Part shown: positions 60,139 through 64,000 of the stretch, one piece after another
Layout of the letters: each line of letters begins with the position of its first letter
How positions within the stretch are numbered: position 1 is the first letter of the stretch
Source of the DNA: Macrostomum lignano
Lineage: Eukaryota
Length of the DNA: 64,000 nt
Reading direction: 5' to 3'
Assembly: GCA_002269645.1 (NCBI GenBank)
Contig: NIVC01003376.1
Location: 37,026-101,025, forward strand
Program-made: the position numbers and the translations under genes
Notes under the pieces: generated by a model
The model's input: the letters and a program-made list of their open reading frames with translations, nothing else
What the model was told of the DNA's origin: nothing
Database searches by the model: none

Positions 60139-60654
60139 CTAGACTTTTCTCACTGGAATTGGTGGCAGCAGGTTTCGAGCTGCAGCCTTTCTTGCCGCCG
60201 CCCTTTCAGCTGCGTAGCTTAATCCAACTTGTACAGACGGGTGAAAGGATACAGTCTTCTGTTGGTTGTTGTCGTTCTTGGCATTGCTTGGCTTAGCTCT
60301 TTGCTGCTGCTCCTGCTGTTTTCGCGTCCTTCTTGAAGAAGCTTCAAGTGCTAGGCTAGCCGCAGTCAGGGCTTGCTGTACTAGCATTCTTGGCGACGTG
60401 GTTGCTACAGGGATTTCGGCCGCCGCGTCAGACCAGTGCAGATTTTCGTAATATCCTGATTGCCGGGGTCTCATGGTTCGATTGTCTGGCCTATAAGTTG
60501 CTCCAGAATCGCAGAGAAACACTATTCGACGATGATCGAACAATTGCTGCTGTTTCGTCTCTAAACTTGTTGTCCTCCGCTGCTGCGGTAGGCAGAAGCC
60601 TACGGTAGTGTTTGGCGAGTTTAACTTAGCGTTGTTGTCTAATTCTTGCTGCAT
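60139..60654 (-). CDS. Orphan single-exon protein (171 aa), Q/A-rich
   Basis: ATG-initiated ORF in unique, GC-richer sequence with composition like the neighbouring genes; no recognised domain. Confidence 0.45.
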   Translation of the reverse strand: MQQELDNNAKLNSPNTTVGFCLPQQRRTTSLETKQQQLFDHRRIVFLCDSGATYRPDNRTMRPRQSGYYENLHWSDAAAEIPVATTSPRMLVQQALTAASLALEASSRRTRKQQEQQQRAKPSNAKNDNNQQKTVSFHPSVQVGLSYAAERAAARKAAARNLLPPIPVRKV

Positions 60655-61787
60655 TGTCGCTTGTGATCGTGTGTTTTGTTAAGACAGTCGCAGAACTGGC
60701 AATGACTTCACTTGAATACGCTGCTCCGAACGAATTGGTTATAACAGAGCCTACGGACTGCTGCTTTAATAATAATCTAGCTCGGAGGTTTCTTTATCTT
60801 TTAGACGCGAGTTGAATTCAACGACGCTGAGCGAAAGTATTACAGTGTAATCAGCAAACAAAACTCTTGTTCCAAGTGTGCGGACTTTATATAAACCGAC
60901 TATAGGCGACGAAAGCTCAACTCACTCGCTAGGTGCCACTTCAGACAGACTTTTATACTCGTATATGGCACTACACTATATTTAACATGTCTCTCTAGTT
61001 CTACCTACACTACATGTAGCGTATGGCTGCATAAAACGTATAAGACATTAAGCATTCGCTTTGCCAAGCTAAACTCAAGCCAACATTTACTGTCTTACAA
61101 AGCGATGAATGTTTAATTAAAACTGGACAGACAGAGAGAGAATATGCAGCAGGCTTCTCCATGGGGTATCTTGAATTAATATTCCTTAGCGTGCACGCGA
61201 ACGTGAAGCCGTAGTAGCTGATCAACCTTAGGAAGTTATAAAGGTTAAAATGCAGAGTGCCTAGACCATGTACAATGTACGTTGTTACTATATGTGTGTA
61301 CGTTATCACTGACTTACTTCAGATGATCTTTGAGTATATATGCCTGTTATATAGATTTTTTCCGGTCGAATAGCACAAAATCCAACTCCATTTCAACATA
61401 CGAGTACATAGCCCTCGATCTCAAGTGCATAAAATTCAGGGGATCTAGCATCGAAAACCCGAACTATCGTAACTCCAAATACGGTGCTAAAACTTTTCCG
61501 GTGTTGTGATTTTTCGGGTCTATGATGGCGACCCAACCGCTACTTAAAAGGCCAAACCAAGTGCGACAAAGCACCACTGCGCACACAACAATATAGATAT
61601 GCTGTTGCCGAACCAGCCAGAATATCCGCTGCATGGGGACAGCAACGAGCGAGTCTGCTACTTAAAATGACTAACTAGATGTAGTTACTTGGGCTTTTTT
61701 TAAACTCTCAATTGCATGACATTTCGCGGCTTATTTGGCTTGTTGCCGCTAAACTAGAATTGATTATGTCGCATTTGAGTTAGCTAC

Positions 61788-63095
61788 CCCCACCTTGTGA
61801 CCCTCGTAGTAATAAATAGTTTTGCTTCAGGGCGCCAGTCGATCCTGATTGTTATCTTCATAGATTGCAAGAAAGCATTAATTTCGACTCGGTCGTCAGG
61901 TCTGTGCTCCCAAATGTGCTCCGTGCGTACAGCGTGCCAGAGCAGCTGATTTCCGCCATCATGGCGATGTACCCTGATACGAAAGCTGCTGTTTCAACAC
62001 CGGACGGCCTATCGGACTTCTTTGAGACATCCTCCAGAGTGCTTCAGGGAGATACGCTTGCGCCGTTTCTGTTCGTTCTGGTGCTTGACTCGGCGCTGCG
62101 GACCGCTCTTCCTACCAACGACGATGGCTTTCTGTTGCGGCGACGCGAGGGTCGACGTCAACCGGAGAGGCGGCTCAGCGTGCTTGGCTACGACGACGAT
62201 CTCGCCCGTTGTCCTCAACTGTCAAGGGCGCCAAAGCGACAACTGGACAAGCTAGTTGCTGTTGCGGCGAGTCTCGGCCTGGTGGTCAACACGCAGAAGA
62301 CCGTCGTGCTCTACGTGCCGGACGACATCGAGGCTGCGATTTGGTGCCGAGGCGCTGATGAACAGGCGACAGAGCTTCCGCGTTGTCAGCAGTTCGTCTA
62401 CCTCGACAATCTGGTTCCCGGTGTCCGCGAGGATTTGCGGCGTCGCCGCGGGCTTGCCTGGGCTGCCTTCCGCTCTGTGAGGGCAGTCCTGCAGTCCGAG
62501 GCCGTACCTGACGCTAGAGGCGGCGTTGTTCCAGGCGGTGGTCGAGACCGTCCTGCTGTACAACGCCGAGACCTGGACGCTGACGGAGTCGCTCGAGCAG
62601 CAAGTTGACGCGGCGCACGCTGGCCTGCTGCGCGCCGCCTTCAAGATCGGCTACGAGCGAGTGACCAACGCGGCTTTGTATCGCCGCACCAGCCTGGTCC
62701 GTCCAAGCGACCTGTTTGCGCCGTCGGCGACTCCAGCTGGCAGGCCACATCATCCGAGCCGAGCCGTACTGCCCAGAGCCGCTGCAGGAGGTGCTGCTGC
62801 TAACGCTGCAGGCACCCTACCGGCGGGGCAGGCGCGCACTCGGCGTTTCGTCGACTGCCTGCTGGCTGACGCCGGCGCCCCGGATTCGGCCGGCGGCGTG
62901 GCGTTCGTTCGCGACCCGACCTGGCCTTGAGGCGCGCCCTGTGATGCTAACTACGTATTCTGTTGTTGTTGTTCAGGGCGCCAAAATGAGTTCTAACAAC
63001 ACCGATTCTCAAAATAATGCACATCTATGAATTTAGTCATGTACATGTACATGTAGAATCATTGGCTTTGTCCCCCCCACTATAAATCGAAATAC
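61788..63095. mobile_element. Degenerate relative of the 2621-3525 MITE, split by the RTE insertion
   Basis: CCCCACCTTGTGACCC..AATA.TTTTG.TTC.GGGC on the left and AACACCGA.T.TCAAAATAAT...GAATTTAGTCATGTAC on the right both match 2621-3525. Confidence 0.65.
61838..62971 (+). mobile_element. 5'-truncated, frameshifted non-LTR retrotransposon (RTE-like reverse transcriptase)
   Basis: RT motifs FDSV, VLQGDTLAPFLF, GYDDDLA (YADD-like), VNTQKT, FVYL, LLYNAETWTLT; (GTT)n tail; 12-bp TSD TTCAGGGCGCCA at 61826-61837 and 62972-62983. Confidence 0.9.
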
Positions 63096-63532
63096 ACGGA
63101 TACGAAACAATAGCTACATGTATTGATCCGTATTGACTCTGCATTGCTTCAGTTCAACTGGGTGCCGCATTAGCTGGGGTAATTGAGGGTGTGTGTGTGT
63201 GTGTGGCGACCCCCCCCCACACAGTCCTTGGACTGAACAGCCGTACGCAGCCTTCAAATGCACCGCGCAATAGCTGCGGCTGAGCTGTCGGTTGCACATC
63301 TGCATGCTCATTAGAGTAGGAGCAATCAATAATTACTTTTATTGTTATTATTCACACAGTTACCGTTTGTTTATTTTTCAGTTTAAAACGTGTTTTAAAG
63401 ACGACATTTGGCATTGTGTTTTTTATAATTACGTGTACATACATTATCCTAGACACTTCTGTTTAATGCATTGCATTAATGTACTACAAGTTATGTAAGA
63501 CTAATAAAAAGAGTTGTATAAAAGGAAATTGG

Positions 63533-63884
63533 CTAATTTGGACCAAAGTTTACACACGGCACTTGCGGCTCGAACATGTTCGAAGCACTGACCAAAGTGA
63601 GAAAAATAATACTAGCCGTTATGACCAGCGGCGACGCCACTCTCAGCACGTTCATCACTAGCGAAGTGATGTACATGATATGGCTCTCCTCTTTGGCGTG
63701 GCGGATTATCAATTAACGTAGCCAACCACGCGGCCCTTGTGCAGGCAGTGTATTTCCGCTGATCTTGGGTCTTTTTCACGTCGGCAATGTTCAAATTGCC
63801 GCCCGGGTCGGTGAAGACCTGCGTACGCGTGGGCGGTTTGCGTTTAAACGGCTCGTATGATGATGGATCATTTATAGGAACGCA
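63533..63884 (-). pseudogene. Terminal exon encoding an Ig-domain C-terminus plus TM segment (FAM187A-like), with two apparent 1-bp deletions
   Basis: After a TTTAGCAG acceptor, restoring two T's gives QVFTDPGGNLNIADVKKTQDQRKYTCLHKGRVVGYVNLIIRH...IMYITSLVMNVLRVASPLVITASIIFLTLVS; pseudogene or consensus error. Confidence 0.5.
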
Positions 63885-63928
63885 CTGCTAAACTAGACGG
63901 ATGATGCTTTGGTTTAAAGGATTATGCG

Positions 63929-64000
63929 CAGTGGCTTCGCCACCGGGGGGGGGGCATTGCCAATCAATGCTTTGTCCCCCCCGCCCCACCCTAATTGTGA
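63929..64000 (+). mobile_element. Left end of another MITE related to 2621-3525
   Basis: CAGTGGCTTCGCCACCGGGGG...CAATGCTTTGTCC...CCCACC matches 2621-2720. Confidence 0.6.

Overview
Eukaryotic (metazoan) genomic DNA: compact spliceosomal genes (GT-AG introns) embedded in a dense patchwork of mini- and microsatellites, 8-bp-TSD hAT-type MITEs, SINE fragments and one 5'-truncated RTE-type LINE. A Macrostomum-like flatworm is plausible from the style of the sequence, but that is only inference. Gene models were built by hand from splice sites and frame continuity. On the minus strand are the first exon of a TMEM24/C2CD2L-like gene, an orphan ORF near 60.4 kb and a frameshifted FAM187A-like Ig+TM exon at the window end. 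On the plus strand are eight consecutive genes: a six-exon fusion of the bacterial-type DUF2064/TIGR04282 and GT2/TIGR04283 (arsenosugar/rSAM-associated) transferases, DIXDC1, two NAT16-like GNATs, two very divergent tail-anchored Bcl-2-like proteins lacking NWGR, COA8/APOPT1 and NUDT6. The top leads are the intron-containing transferase fusion, the divergent Bcl-2 pair inside a co-oriented run of six predicted mitochondrial proteins (possible trans-spliced operon), exon-restricted gene conversion between the NAT16 paralogs, and apparently mobile intron-filling minisatellites. No database searches were run; family calls rest on recalled motifs.
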